In this document: in pieces, positions 51,752 through 62,155 of the stretch
Layout of the letters: every line of letters begins with the position of its first letter
Numbering within the stretch: the first letter of the stretch is position 1
Assembly (NCBI GenBank): GCA_963555825.3
Contig: CAUVXB020000001.1
Coordinates: 224,001-288,000, forward strand
Origin: Alphaproteobacteria bacterium
GTDB taxonomy: Bacteria > Pseudomonadota > Alphaproteobacteria > JAAXGF01
Direction: 5' to 3'
DNA: 64,000 nt
The notes under the pieces: generated by a model
The model's input: the letters and a program-made list of their open reading frames with translations, nothing else
Told to the model about the DNA's origin: nothing
The model's database searches: none
Position numbers and translations under genes: made by a program

Positions 51752-52468
51752 TTACCCCGCGCCGCCGGCGTTCAACTCGAGAGCGAGCGGCCGGTCGAGC
51801 TCGATTGCCTCGGTGGTCAGTTTACAACAATAACAAATCGCTTCAACGCCGGCTGCCAACGCCGCATCCAGCATTGTCGCGTAATTCGGGTCGATGTCGC
51901 CGGCGATGGCGAAGTCGTCGCAGTCCTCGCGCTGTACCAGATAAAACATCACCGCGCGCGCGCCGGCCGCCACCATGTCGCTCAACTCGACCAAGTGCTT
52001 GGCGCCGCGCGCGGTCACCGAATCGGGGAACTCGGCGCCGGCGGCGCGTTTGAGATGCACGTTCTTGACCTCGACGTAGCAGGGCGGTCGGTCATCGGCC
52101 TCGAGAAGCAAGTCGATGCGCGAGTTCTTGCCGTACTTGACCTCGCGCCGGATCCCGCCGTAGCCGGCCAACTCGCAGACGCGCCCGGCGGCGATCGCAT
52201 CGGCGACGATGCCGTTCGGGTGTGACGTGTTGATACCGACAAGGCCTTCGCCGATGCGTATCAGTTCCCAGCTATAGCGCAGCTTGCGTGCCGGGTTGCG
52301 CGCCGGCGACAGCCAGACCTCCGAGCCCGGCTCGGCGAGGCCGATCATGCTGCCCGGATTGGCGCAGTGGGCGGTCACCAACTCGCCGCCGTCGAGTTCG
52401 ACGTCGCTGAGGAAGCGCTTGTAGCGCCGGACCAGGCGACCGCGCAGCAGTGGATCGGGAAACTTCAT
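51752..52468 (-). CDS. sfsA: Sugar fermentation stimulation protein / nuclease SfsA
   Basis: RYKRFL.D, AHCANPGSM, YVEVKNV and FPDSVTARGAKHL motifs. Confidence 0.95.
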   Translation of the reverse strand: MKFPDPLLRGRLVRRYKRFLSDVELDGGELVTAHCANPGSMIGLAEPGSEVWLSPARNPARKLRYSWELIRIGEGLVGINTSHPNGIVADAIAAGRVCELAGYGGIRREVKYGKNSRIDLLLEADDRPPCYVEVKNVHLKRAAGAEFPDSVTARGAKHLVELSDMVAAGARAVMFYLVQREDCDDFAIAGDIDPNYATMLDAALAAGVEAICYCCKLTTEAIELDRPLALELNAGGAG

Positions 52469-52566
52469 GGCGATTACCTAGGTGGCGCGGCGAAGGCTGT
52501 CAATTGCCATCCGTCGGTCGGGCGGTCGGAATGGCCCGGCTTCGCTGCCGAGACGGCAAGCGTCGC

Positions 52567-53765
52567 CTAGGCCATCGGGACGAAGTCAAGGATGTTTTGC
52601 TGGAAGTAAGTCAGTGGGCTCTCGACATTGGGCGCCATCGGCCCGACGCGATACATTGGCGAGCGCATCGCCTTCTGCATCCGCTCGCAGATCCACATGT
52701 CCTCGATCATGAAATTGCCGGTGTCCATCGGGTGGACGTCGACCGAGCGGATCGTCTGGAACTCCATGTCGGCCGCCGCGTCGGCCTCGTGACCCGGCGT
52801 CGGGAACATCGCCTTGTACGACGTGGCGTGGTCATTCTCGGACGGCATAAGCCAAGAGCGTACGTCGACCCAGATCTTCTCGGGCGCGACCGGAATGATT
52901 CGGAAGGTTGCCCAGTAGACTGAGGTGCCCTGCACGCCCGAGTTGGGGAACAGCAGCCAGACGCTTGGCCCAGGTGACCCAGGGTCGATTCCGTCGATCG
53001 CCTTGAGGCCGCTTTCCCGGCGCGATTCGGGCTCGCCCGGGCCGAGCCAGACCCAGTGGTGTCCGACCCCGCCTCCCAGTCCTGGTTGTCGGGCGCCGGG
53101 CCCTTGAGCGTCTGGTCGTGCAGGTGCATCAGGTGATAGCCGTCCATGGCGTTTTCGGCGAACACCTTCCAATTGCACGCGATCTCGTAGCGCGTCGGCC
53201 GGGCCACGACCAGCTTGTCGACGTCGTGCGGCCAGGCGTGGTCGGGAATTTCGGCGAGCCAGTCGTCGAAGCATTCTTCGGGCTCGGCCTGGGGATTGAC
53301 GAAGACCATGCCACGGAACGTGCCGAGCGCCGCGGGGAAGAGGCAGATTTCGGACATGTCGAGATCGGCGAACAGCGTCTCGTGCTGGGGCACGCCGGCG
53401 AGTTGGCCTTCGAAATCATAGGACCAATGGTGATAGGGGCAGGTCAGCACCGCGCCGCTGCCGCCGTTGCCCTCGAGCAACTGGTTGCCGCGGTGCCGGC
53501 AGATGTTGTGGAACGCGCGCAGCGCACCGTCGCGCCCGCACAGCACGAACAGCGGATAACGCCCGACCTGAACGCAGCGGTAGTCGCCCGCCGACGGCGT
53601 GTCGGCGGTCATGCCGGCGAAGCTCCAGGCGCGGCCGAACAGCTCGGCCTGCTCGCGGTCGAACCAGGCTTGCGACGTGTAGGCCTCGGGCGGCAGAAGC
53701 TGTCGTGCGGTGGCGGGCTTTTCGAAGCGGCCTGCCGCGGGCGTCATCGGCGCCGGTTCGTTCAC
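52567..53765 (-). pseudogene. Rieske ring-hydroxylating oxygenase alpha subunit, frameshifted
   Basis: CRHRG..CPYHHW Rieske motif and NWK..EN..DGYH...LH; the frame shifts in a G4 run at 53067-53070; C-terminal LFPN...EDMWICERMQ is in the other frame. Confidence 0.85.
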
Positions 53766-55870
53766 GCGATTTTCTCCTCCACGGCGTGTACTTGCGGCGA
53801 ATAACCCCTGATGAATTCGGCGAGTTCTTCGGCCTCGATCGGCCGGCTGATCAGGTAGCCCTGCGCCTCCTGGCAATGGCGGATGCGCAGGAATTCCATC
53901 TGCTCCTCGGTCTCGACGCCCTCGGCGATGACTTTGAGGCCAAGGCTGTGGCCGAGCTTGATGATCGCCTTGGTGATCGATCGGTCTTCGACGTTATTCT
54001 CGATACCGCGCATGAACGATTGATCGATCTTGAGCCGGTCGACCGGAAATTTCTTGAGATAGCTCATCGACGAGAAACCAGTACCGAAGTCGTCGATCGC
54101 CAGTTCGACGCCGATGGCGTGGAGCTTGTGGAGCGTCTCGATGACCGCCTCGACGCCCGACATGACCATGCCCTCGGTGATCTCCAGCTCGAGTAAATGG
54201 GGGTCGAAGCCAGTGTCGTCGAGAATGCCCGTTATCATGTCAACGACGTCGTGCCGCTTGAAGTCGGCGGGCGAAAGATTGACCGACATGCGCATGTCGG
54301 GCAGCCCGTCGTCGCGCCACGCCTTGCCTTGGCGGCAGGCTTCGCGCAAGACGATCTCGGTGATCCTGCCGATCAGGCGCGTCTGTTCGGCGACCGGGAT
54401 GAACTCGCCCGGCGAGATCATGCCGCGTTCCGGGTGATGCCAGCGTACCAGCGCCTCGACGCCGGCGATGCGCCCGGTCGCGATCTCGATCTGCGGCTGG
54501 TACGTCAGAAAAATCTGCCCCTCGGACTCGAGCGCTTCGCGGAGGTCGATCTCGAGCGTCTTACGCGCCTGAATCTCGGCGTTCATGTTCGGGTCGAACA
54601 AACGGTATTTGGCGCGGCCTTCCTGCTTCGCGCGGTAGAGCGCCTGATCGGCGTTCTTGAGCAGGTTGTCGGCGACGGTGCCGTCTTGGGGAAACACCGT
54701 AATGCCCACGCTGGTGCCGGTGTGGACCCGCTCATCGCCAAGATCGAAGGGCGTGGTCAGCGCCTCGACCATGCGCTCGGCGAGCACGGTGATGCCGCTG
54801 TCATCGACCAGGTTGGTCTGGATCACGGCGAACTCGTCGCCGCCCAGGCGGGCGACGGTGTCCGATTTGCGCAAGCACGCCTTGAGCCGTTCCGAGACCT
54901 GCTGAAGCAGCAGGTCGCCGGCCGGATGGCCGAGCGTGTCGTTGACGTCCTTGAAATGATCGAGGTCGAGGAAATGGACCGCGACCATGCGGTTGACGCG
55001 GCCGCCGGTATCGAGCGCCTCGGTCAAGCGCTCGTGGAACAGCGCGCGGTTGGGCAGTTGGGTCAAAGGATCGTGATGCGCGAGGTTGCGCAGCGCCTCT
55101 TCGGACTGCTGACGGTTCTCGGCCATGCGGTTGAAGGCGGCGGCGAGCCTGCCGAGTTCGTCGTCGGATTGGATCGCGATGCGGTGCTCGAGATTGCCTT
55201 GGCCGATGGCGTCGGTGCCCTCGGTCAGCGCCTCGATCGGCTTGACGATACCGCGTGTCAGCATGACCGCCGCGCCGGCGCCCATGACGACGCCGACGCC
55301 GGTCATGGCCAGGAGGAACCAGATCGCCGTAAAGGTCGAGAGATTGACCTTGTGGCCCGCCCAGACGCGCGCCGTCTCGATGTGTGGCGTGATGCGCAGC
55401 ACGAGATATCGCTTCAACTCGCTGTGCCGGTCGCTGATGCGCACGAGTAGGTCCTGCTTTCGGTCGATGAGATGCATGACCCCGGCACCTGCTGTCGACA
55501 ATGACGATATCCGGTCTCGAATGCCTTCGGCCCAGTCCCGCTCGTCGACCGTCGGCCCGGCAGCCAGGAATTTATTGATGAATGCGTTGAACTCGGTGCT
55601 GTGGCTCAGCACCTTCTTCCGGACCGCCGCGTCGGGTACGTCGAGATAGTCTTCGAATCCGCTGACGACGCCGTCGAAACTCGTGTCCATGCCAAGGACG
55701 GCAATCAGCTTCTCCTTGCTGACGCCGCCCGTTCGGTCGACCAGGTCGAGAATGCGTTTATCGATCGCGCTCTCGATGGCGCGCTGCGCCGATCTCAATG
55801 CCGCCGTCTCGGCTCGACTCCGATCGCTGACCACGATGATCTCGTCGCTCAACTGGTGCAGGACGGTAAA

Positions 55871-57513
55871 CCCGCATTTCCCAAGTATCGTCGATATTCA
55901 GTGCGGCGAGAAGGCGATTCTGCTATAAGAATCATGAAGTTGTAGCATACATGGAGCGGCGGATATGGCACACCCGATGGGTGAATCGAAACCGGGGTGC
56001 CTTCGGGTCGTTTTTGACCGTCGATTGAAGCTTGAATTCCACGGTTCCAAGATCACCTCTGATGCCGGGTTGCTCGCCTACCGGGAGCTTGACGATGCCC
56101 TCGGCCTGACTGAGATGGCCGAGGGTGTTTTCCAGGATAGCCGTACCGGCAAGAACGGATGGCACGGCATGACGGGTCAGTTTCGCCAGTCCGTTTTCGG
56201 GCGCCTTGGCGGCTATGACGATGTGAACGACGCCGACCGTCTGGGACGCGATCCCGCCATGCGCTGGATTGTTGGCGGCAAGGCCATCGAAAGACAGGCC
56301 GCTTCCACCAGCCAGATGGGACGCTTCGAGACGGAGCTATTGGCCACCGACGAGAACGTTGAAGCCTTGGTCGACATGAACGGGGTGTGGATCGACAAGG
56401 TTCATGACCGCCATCCGCCGAAGATGATCATTCTCGACATGGACAGCAGCGTCAGCCCGACCCATGGCGAACAAGAGGGAACAGCGTACAATGGTCACTT
56501 CGGCTGTACCTGCTACCATCCGCTATTCCTGTTCAACCAGTTCGGCGACTTGGAGAGATGTTCCCTGCGCCCCGGTAATGTTCACAGTGCCGACGGATGG
56601 CGGAATGTTCTGGAGCCGGTGGTGATGCGCTATAAGGAAAGGAAGGTGCGGCTGTATTTTCGTGGCGATGCCGCCTTCGCCTCACCGGAGATATACGAAT
56701 ATCTCGAAGCCGAGGGATTACTCTACGTCATCCGCCTCAAAGCGAACGCGATTCTCCAGCGGAACATTGCCCATCTGCTTACGCGACCTGTCGGTCGCCC
56801 GCCCGACCATGTTCGCCGTTTCCACGCCAGCTTCAGCTATCAGGCCGGATCGTGGAACAAGAAGCGCCGTGTCGTGGCCAAAGTGGAGTGGCACCCCGGC
56901 GAGCTGGTTCCTCGCGTCGGTTTCATCGTCACTAATCTGTCGCGCCCTACCAAGCGGGTGGTGGCGTTCTATAATCACCGTGGCACGGCGGAGCAGCACA
57001 TCAAGGAAGGCAAGAACGCCATCAACTGGACCCGTCTGTCATGTCGCAAGTTCCGCAACAATGCCGTTCGGCTCCAGCTTCACGCCCTGGCCTACAATCT
57101 GGGCAACTTCATGAGGACACTGGCTTTGCCGAAGGAGGTGGAGCACTGGTCGATGACGACGTTGCGCGACAAGCTGGTGAAGATCGGGGCCAAGGTTGTC
57201 CGACATGGCCGCTACGTTACGTTCCAATTGGCTGAGGTGGCGGTGCCGAGGGACCTGTTCCGGAAAATCCTGAGCTTGATTGATGATCTGCGACGAAGAC
57301 CCGCTCCGGCGTAGGCCGAGGGAATCGACGGCGAGGAGAAAGCGACAGGAGAGGTGTGTCTGGATGGCGAGAAAAATGACCGAGTGGCCTTCCAAGCGCG
57401 GGCCGATTACCAAAATCATGCCATCGGATGGCTGCATAGGGGATACAGTTTCCTTGGCGGTGGGAAAGTGGTACGATTTCCACGAATTTGGATGGTATAT
57501 GGGGAATGTCGGG
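55871..57513 (+). mobile_element. IS1380-family element, complete
   Basis: CCCGCATTTCCC / GGGAATGTCGGG ends; TAAA duplication at 55867-55870 and 57514-57517. Confidence 0.92.
55965..57314 (+). CDS. IS1380-family transposase
   Basis: TSDAGLL, LDMDSS, HGEQEG, RGDAAF and YNHRGTAEQHIKEGK motifs. Confidence 0.95.
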   Translation: MAHPMGESKPGCLRVVFDRRLKLEFHGSKITSDAGLLAYRELDDALGLTEMAEGVFQDSRTGKNGWHGMTGQFRQSVFGRLGGYDDVNDADRLGRDPAMRWIVGGKAIERQAASTSQMGRFETELLATDENVEALVDMNGVWIDKVHDRHPPKMIILDMDSSVSPTHGEQEGTAYNGHFGCTCYHPLFLFNQFGDLERCSLRPGNVHSADGWRNVLEPVVMRYKERKVRLYFRGDAAFASPEIYEYLEAEGLLYVIRLKANAILQRNIAHLLTRPVGRPPDHVRRFHASFSYQAGSWNKKRRVVAKVEWHPGELVPRVGFIVTNLSRPTKRVVAFYNHRGTAEQHIKEGKNAINWTRLSCRKFRNNAVRLQLHALAYNLGNFMRTLALPKEVEHWSMTTLRDKLVKIGAKVVRHGRYVTFQLAEVAVPRDLFRKILSLIDDLRRRPAPA

Positions 57514-58041
57514 TAAAGGACTTCAGGGCATCGTTGGCGAGCCGCCGCTGATCGGCGACGGTCGAGAGCCGCATATAGGTCGTCGCCGCGTTGGAGAACT
57601 CGAAGACCAGAGCCTTCAAGTGCTCGCGGTCGACGTCGCCGGCGTTGAGCGCATAGACGGTAGTCGCCCGCACGATTTCTTCCAGCCGCGCGTCCATGGT
57701 GGTGACGGCCTGCAGACTGACGTCGTCGACATACGCCAACTGGTTGACGCTATCCTCGATCCGTTTCGTGAGCATATAGGAGACCGCGCTGGTGCTGAAG
57801 AAAAGGAACAGCAGAAGCGAGATAACGAGCCATACGCGGTGTCCGATTCTAAGCTTCATACCCGGTCTCCCGAACCGTCACGCGCCAGTCGCCGGGCACA
57901 CGCCCGCACCATCTATTGCTCGATCAAAATAGCACGACTTCGACCCATTGAGCCAGACGAAGCCGTTTATGGCAACGGTTTGCGCCGCGGATCGGCGACG
58001 CCGGCCGTCTCGTGGTGGTCGGTTGCGATCGGTGATGATAT

Positions 58042-58094
58042 ATTTCTATAGTTCCGGAATAATCGTTGACACGATTGTCCGCATTGCCTATATC
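58042..58094 (+). promoter_or_regulatory. sigma70 promoter and putative ArsR operator
   Basis: GTTGAC-N17-CTATAT (58065-58093); ATTTCTATAGTTCCGGAAT (58042-58060) recurs inverted at 58450-58468. Confidence 0.6.
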
Positions 58095-58101
58095 GTTGGC
58101 C

Positions 58102-58419
58102 ATGGATGTTGCCCAAGCTGCTCGTTGTCTCGAAAAACTCGGTCACCCGACGCGTCTCGAAATCGTACGTTTGCTGGTTCGCGCGGGGCTCGAAGGGTTG
58201 CCTGTCGGCGACGTGCGGAAGCACTTGGGCATCCCGGCATCGACGCTCTCGCACCATATCCTGCATCTGACCAGCGCCGGGCTGGTGCGCCAGCAGCGCG
58301 AGGGGCGGGTGCTGCGCTGCACGCCGAACTACCAGCTCATGGAGATGCTGGTCGGCATGCTGACCGAGGAATGTTGCGCTGGTATCGATCCGGTGGTGTC
58401 CAAGCGCCGCGCCGGTTGA
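58102..58419 (+). CDS. ArsR/SmtB-family regulator with C-terminal CC
   Basis: LGHPTRLEIVRLLVRAG..GL.VG, STLSHHI and LTEECC motifs. Confidence 0.9.
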   Translation: MDVAQAARCLEKLGHPTRLEIVRLLVRAGLEGLPVGDVRKHLGIPASTLSHHILHLTSAGLVRQQREGRVLRCTPNYQLMEMLVGMLTEECCAGIDPVVSKRRAG

Positions 58420-58504
58420 GAATGGCGGCCGAATTTTTTTGGAGTGATAATTCGATGATTATAGAAATGACGAGCCGGCTCAATGCACGGTGGAGGCCTG
58501 CGCG

Positions 58505-59545
58505 ATGACGGACTTTAGCTTGGCCGTACGGCGGCTCGATGGACGGCTCAGACGCATCGATCGGGTCATGTTGTTCACGGCCGCCAGCGTGGTACTCCTT
58601 GCGCTGGCCGCGCCCGATCAGCTTGTCCCCAGCGTCAATTTCGTCGCCGAGTCGCTGCTGTTCATCGCACCGTTCCTGATCGTTTCTGTCGCCGTTGCGG
58701 CCGGCGCCAAGGCGACCGGCGTGGACCGTCAGATCGCCATCGTGTTCGGCGGCAATCGGGGGACGGTGATCGTCGTTGCGGCCCTGTTCGGGGCGTTGTC
58801 GCCGTTCTGCTCCTGCGGCGTCGTACCGATCATCGCGGGTCTGCTAGGCGCCGGGGTGCCGCTCGCCCCGGTCATGGCGTTTTGGATCAGCTCACCCCTG
58901 ATGGACCCCGAGATGTTCATCTTGATGGCGCCGGTGCTCGGCCTCGAGTTCACGATCGCCAAGACACTGTCGGCAATCGCCATCGGCCTCGCCGCCGGTT
59001 TCGCGACCGAGGCGCTGGTTCGCCGCTCGGCCTTCGCCGACCCGCTCAAGGCCGGCGTCGGCTATGGCGGCTGCGCGACTGCGCCGACGGCGTCTGGCGT
59101 CGACCTCGTCTGGCGCTTCTGGCATCGGCCGGAGCGCCGTGCCCTGTTCGCCGGCGAAGCGCGCGCCACCGGCTGGTTCCTGTTCAAGTGGCTGACGCTG
59201 GCCTTCCTGTTGGAAAGCCTGATGGTCGCCTACATCCCGGCCGGCCACGTCGGCGCCTGGCTCGGTGGCGACAGCTGGTGGGCGATCCCGGCGAGCGTCG
59301 TGGTCGGCGTGCCGGCCTATCTCAACGGCTATGCCGCGATCCCGACCGTCTCGGCGCTGATCGACATGGGCATGGCGCCGGGCGCCGGCCTCGCCTTCAT
59401 GGTCGCCGGCGGCGTCACCAGCATCCCGGCCGCGATGGCCGTCTTCGCGCTGGTCCGCCGCGCCGTCTTCGCGTGGTACATCGCGCTCGGGCTGACCGGT
59501 TCGCTCGCCGTCGGCCTCGCCTATCAGGCGCTCGCCGGCGGCTGA
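58505..59545 (+). CDS. ArsP-like (DUF318) permease
   Basis: SPFCSCGVVP, AFWISSPLMDP and GVPAYLNG; follows the ArsR gene. Confidence 0.85.
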   Translation: MTDFSLAVRRLDGRLRRIDRVMLFTAASVVLLALAAPDQLVPSVNFVAESLLFIAPFLIVSVAVAAGAKATGVDRQIAIVFGGNRGTVIVVAALFGALSPFCSCGVVPIIAGLLGAGVPLAPVMAFWISSPLMDPEMFILMAPVLGLEFTIAKTLSAIAIGLAAGFATEALVRRSAFADPLKAGVGYGGCATAPTASGVDLVWRFWHRPERRALFAGEARATGWFLFKWLTLAFLLESLMVAYIPAGHVGAWLGGDSWWAIPASVVVGVPAYLNGYAAIPTVSALIDMGMAPGAGLAFMVAGGVTSIPAAMAVFALVRRAVFAWYIALGLTGSLAVGLAYQALAGG

Positions 59546-60964
59546 CCCTCGGTCGTCGGTCTGCCGTGCCGGCAGCGCGGCCAGGCGAAACGCCAGGAAA
59601 ATGCCGGCGATCATCACCGGGATGAAGCCGGCTTGGGCCCAGAATGCGACCGCCTCGGCGGTCGCGACGGACAGCGCCTGACCGGCGCCGAGGCCGTTGG
59701 CGACGACGCCGGCGAGCGCCGCGCCGGACGCCATGCCGACCATCTGGACGACCGGTGCGGCGGACGCCGTGACGTCCTCTTCGCCGGGCTCGGCCGCCGC
59801 CATGATGCGGCGCGTGACGAAGGCCCAGCAGGCGCCCATGCCACCGCCCATCAGCATGACGAACAGGGCCAGCAACGGCAGCGGTCCGACCGGCAGGGTG
59901 AACGCCATGCCGGCGACGGCGACCGTCGTCACGATCGGACCGATGCGGATCAGCCGGTCGGCCCAGACTGCCGACAGGTTGGCGACGATGAAGGCGACGG
60001 CGGTCCAGGCGAGTGCGTCGAGCAGCACGAAATAGCCGGTCTCCACCGGCGACGTGCCGTGCAGCGTCTGCATCAACAGCGGGCCGTAGACGAAGAACGA
60101 CATCGTCGAGACCGAGAGGCAGAGGATCAGCGCGAGCCCGGCGCCACGCGGCGTCGCCGGCGAGAACGGCCGGCTCGGCAGCAACCGGCGTGGGCTGCGC
60201 GCGTCGATCCGCAGCACGACGGCGAACAGGATCGCGGCACCGGCGATCAGCGCGCCGGGGAGGATGAGGCCGCCGGTCTGGTTGGCGAGCGCGATCGACA
60301 TGACGCCGGCGCCGATCAAGGCGAGGCGCAGCGCCGGCAGCGCCTCGGGCGTGGCCGGTGGCGGCGCGGCAGGCAGGACGAAGCGGATCGCCGCGATCAG
60401 CAGCGCCGCGGCGGGCACCATGACGACGAACGCCAGACGCCACAGGCCGAGATCGGCCAGCGCGCCGCCGACCATCGGGCCGATGAAGACCGCGATGCCG
60501 TACATCGCCGAGAACGCCGCGAAGACCTTCGGCCAGGTCGCCTGCGGGAACAGCGTTCGCACCATCATGTAGTTGAGCGCGACGATCAGGCCGCTGCCGG
60601 CGCCTTGCGCCGCGCGGCCGGCCAGCAGCACCGGCATGTTGGGCGCCAGCGCGCAGATCAGCGAGCCGGCGATGAAGATGGTGGCGGCCCAGGCGAAACC
60701 GCGCCGCGCGCGGAGATTGGCCTTGAGCGCTGCCGTGCCCGCCGCGCTGACCAGCGAGGCGACGATGTAGACCGTCGACGCCCAGCTGACCAGGGCAAGG
60801 CCGCCGATGTCGGCGACGACGGTCGGTACCGCCGTGGTGAAGATATAGGCGTTGTCGGTATAGAGCGAGACGCCGAGACACAGGAAGGCGAGGCTCGCCG
60901 CGTGGCGCGGCCCGGCGAGCGGATGCCAGCCGTCGATCGGTTTGGTGCTTGCCGCGATCGCCAT
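58892..60964 (-). CDS. DHA2-type MFS transporter; open frame runs ~650 nt antisense into the permease gene
   Basis: About 14 TM segments, GRAAQGAGSG, GPMVGG..LWRLAF; MFS-like sequence ends near 59560 but there is no stop until 58892. Confidence 0.75.
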   Translation of the reverse strand: MAIAASTKPIDGWHPLAGPRHAASLAFLCLGVSLYTDNAYIFTTAVPTVVADIGGLALVSWASTVYIVASLVSAAGTAALKANLRARRGFAWAATIFIAGSLICALAPNMPVLLAGRAAQGAGSGLIVALNYMMVRTLFPQATWPKVFAAFSAMYGIAVFIGPMVGGALADLGLWRLAFVVMVPAAALLIAAIRFVLPAAPPPATPEALPALRLALIGAGVMSIALANQTGGLILPGALIAGAAILFAVVLRIDARSPRRLLPSRPFSPATPRGAGLALILCLSVSTMSFFVYGPLLMQTLHGTSPVETGYFVLLDALAWTAVAFIVANLSAVWADRLIRIGPIVTTVAVAGMAFTLPVGPLPLLALFVMLMGGGMGACWAFVTRRIMAAAEPGEEDVTASAAPVVQMVGMASGAALAGVVANGLGAGQALSVATAEAVAFWAQAGFIPVMIAGIFLAFRLAALPARQTDDRGSAAGERLIGEADGERTGQPERDVPREDGAADQREDGHRGRDAGDAAGDHEGEAGARRHAHVDQRRDGRDRGIAVEIGRHADHDARRDRPPAVATEPGADVAGRDVGDHQAFQQEGQRQPLEQEPAGGARFAGEQGTALRPMPEAPDEVDARRRRRSRAAAIADAGLERVGEGRAANQRLGRETGGEADGDCRQCLGDRELEAEHRRHQDEHLGVHQG

Positions 60965-60996
60965 CGGCGCGCCCTCCTGAGACTTGCGCGTCGGGC

Positions 60997-61332
60997 CTAG
61001 GAGGCGATATCCGCGCGGTTGTCGTTCGCCGCGCCGCCAGCGATCAGTCTGTCAACCACCGAGACGATCTCGCCGCGGTGCAGGCCGATGTCGGCGAGAT
61101 TGCGGTCACTGAGCCGGTCGAGCTCGCGGATCGTATGGCGGCGCCGGTGCGACCGGCGGCGCCAGGCGGCGATCCGGGTGACCAGCCCGTCGACCCGGTC
61201 GACCGTCCGGCAGGCGGCCGCGCCGACCGGATGCTCCGCCGATAGGGGGGCCCCGGGGTCGTTATCGTTGGCGCCGTTGCGCATCCTGTGGGGCGTGACG
61301 GCGATGGTGAGAGCGTCGATGAGTGCATTCAT
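60997..61332 (-). CDS. DUF1127 domain protein
   Basis: RRRHTIRELDRLSDRNLADIGLHRGEI; SD AAGGAG. Confidence 0.88.
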   Translation of the reverse strand: MNALIDALTIAVTPHRMRNGANDNDPGAPLSAEHPVGAAACRTVDRVDGLVTRIAAWRRRSHRRRHTIRELDRLSDRNLADIGLHRGEIVSVVDRLIAGGAANDNRADIAS

Positions 61333-61372
61333 TTTGGTCTCCTTTCGGCGCGGGGCTTGAAACCTTGATTAG

Positions 61373-61424
61373 CAAGTAATTACTTGATATATTATCTCGA
61401 ACCTTTTAGTCAAGTAAAAACTTG
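61373..61424. promoter_or_regulatory. Paired CAAG-N6-CTTG operator-like palindromes
   Basis: CAAGTAATTACTTG (61373-61386) and CAAGTAAAAACTTG (61411-61424) in an AT-rich divergent intergenic region. Confidence 0.7.
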
Positions 61425-61434
61425 GTATATTGCG

Positions 61435-62115
61435 ATGGCACAAGCAACTGACACGAGCGCCGCGATGACCGATGACAGCGCCGAGAAGATTCTGTTCGCA
61501 CTCAAGACGCGCGGGCCGCAAACGGCGGGCGACCTCGCCGGCCGCCTCGGCATGACCGCCGAGGGCGCGCGCCAGCATCTCGCCAAGCTGGCATCGCGCG
61601 GCCTGGTCGACCACAGCGACGAACGCCGGGGTGTCGGCCGGCCGAAGCGTCACTGGGCGCTGACCGGCGCCGGGCACGCGCGTTTTCCCGACACCCATTC
61701 CGACCTCACGGTCGACCTCATCGGCGCGGTCCGCTCGCTGTTCGGCGATGATGGGCTCGACCGCCTGATCGCGCGCCGCGAGGAACGCCAGCTCGACGAC
61801 TACGGCGACGCCCTCGCGGGCGCCCGGAGCTTAAGCGACCGGGTCGCGCGTCTCGCCGAGCTACGCACGCGCGAGGGCTACATGGCGGCGTGGACCGAGG
61901 AGGCCGACGGCAGCTTCCTGCTGGTCGAGAACCACTGCCCGATCTGCGCCGCTGCGACCGTCTGCCAGGGCTTCTGCCGCTCCGAGCTGGATATCTTCCA
62001 GGCCGTCCTGGGCCCCGGTGCGCGCGTCGAACGCTCCGAGCATCTGCTCGCCGGCGCGCGCCGTTGTGCCTATCGCATCGAACCGGTCGGCCGAAACGGC
62101 GAAGCCGCCCGCTGA
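61435..62115 (+). CDS. SufR-like winged-HTH transcriptional regulator
   Basis: ARQHLAKL..GLV, GVGRP, ENHCPI, CQGFCRSE and RRCAY cysteine motifs. Confidence 0.82.
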   Translation: MAQATDTSAAMTDDSAEKILFALKTRGPQTAGDLAGRLGMTAEGARQHLAKLASRGLVDHSDERRGVGRPKRHWALTGAGHARFPDTHSDLTVDLIGAVRSLFGDDGLDRLIARREERQLDDYGDALAGARSLSDRVARLAELRTREGYMAAWTEEADGSFLLVENHCPICAAATVCQGFCRSELDIFQAVLGPGARVERSEHLLAGARRCAYRIEPVGRNGEAAR

Positions 62116-62155
62116 CGCGGACGGCTTGCTCGTGTTTGGCGTATGAGGGAGGGGC

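Larger units (their letters stand above)
53762..57859 (-). pseudogene. Membrane HAMP-GGDEF-EAL diguanylate cyclase/phosphodiesterase interrupted by IS1380
   Basis: N-terminal TM part at 57514-57859 and GGDEF/EAL/DDFGTG part at 53762-55870 rejoin in frame (KSF|TVLHQ) after IS removal. Confidence 0.92.

Noticed and set aside
53067-53070. Phase-variable homopolymer in the Rieske oxygenase gene
   Set aside because: A 4-nt run is too short for typical slipped-strand phase variation; an ordinary mutation or sequencing error is more likely.
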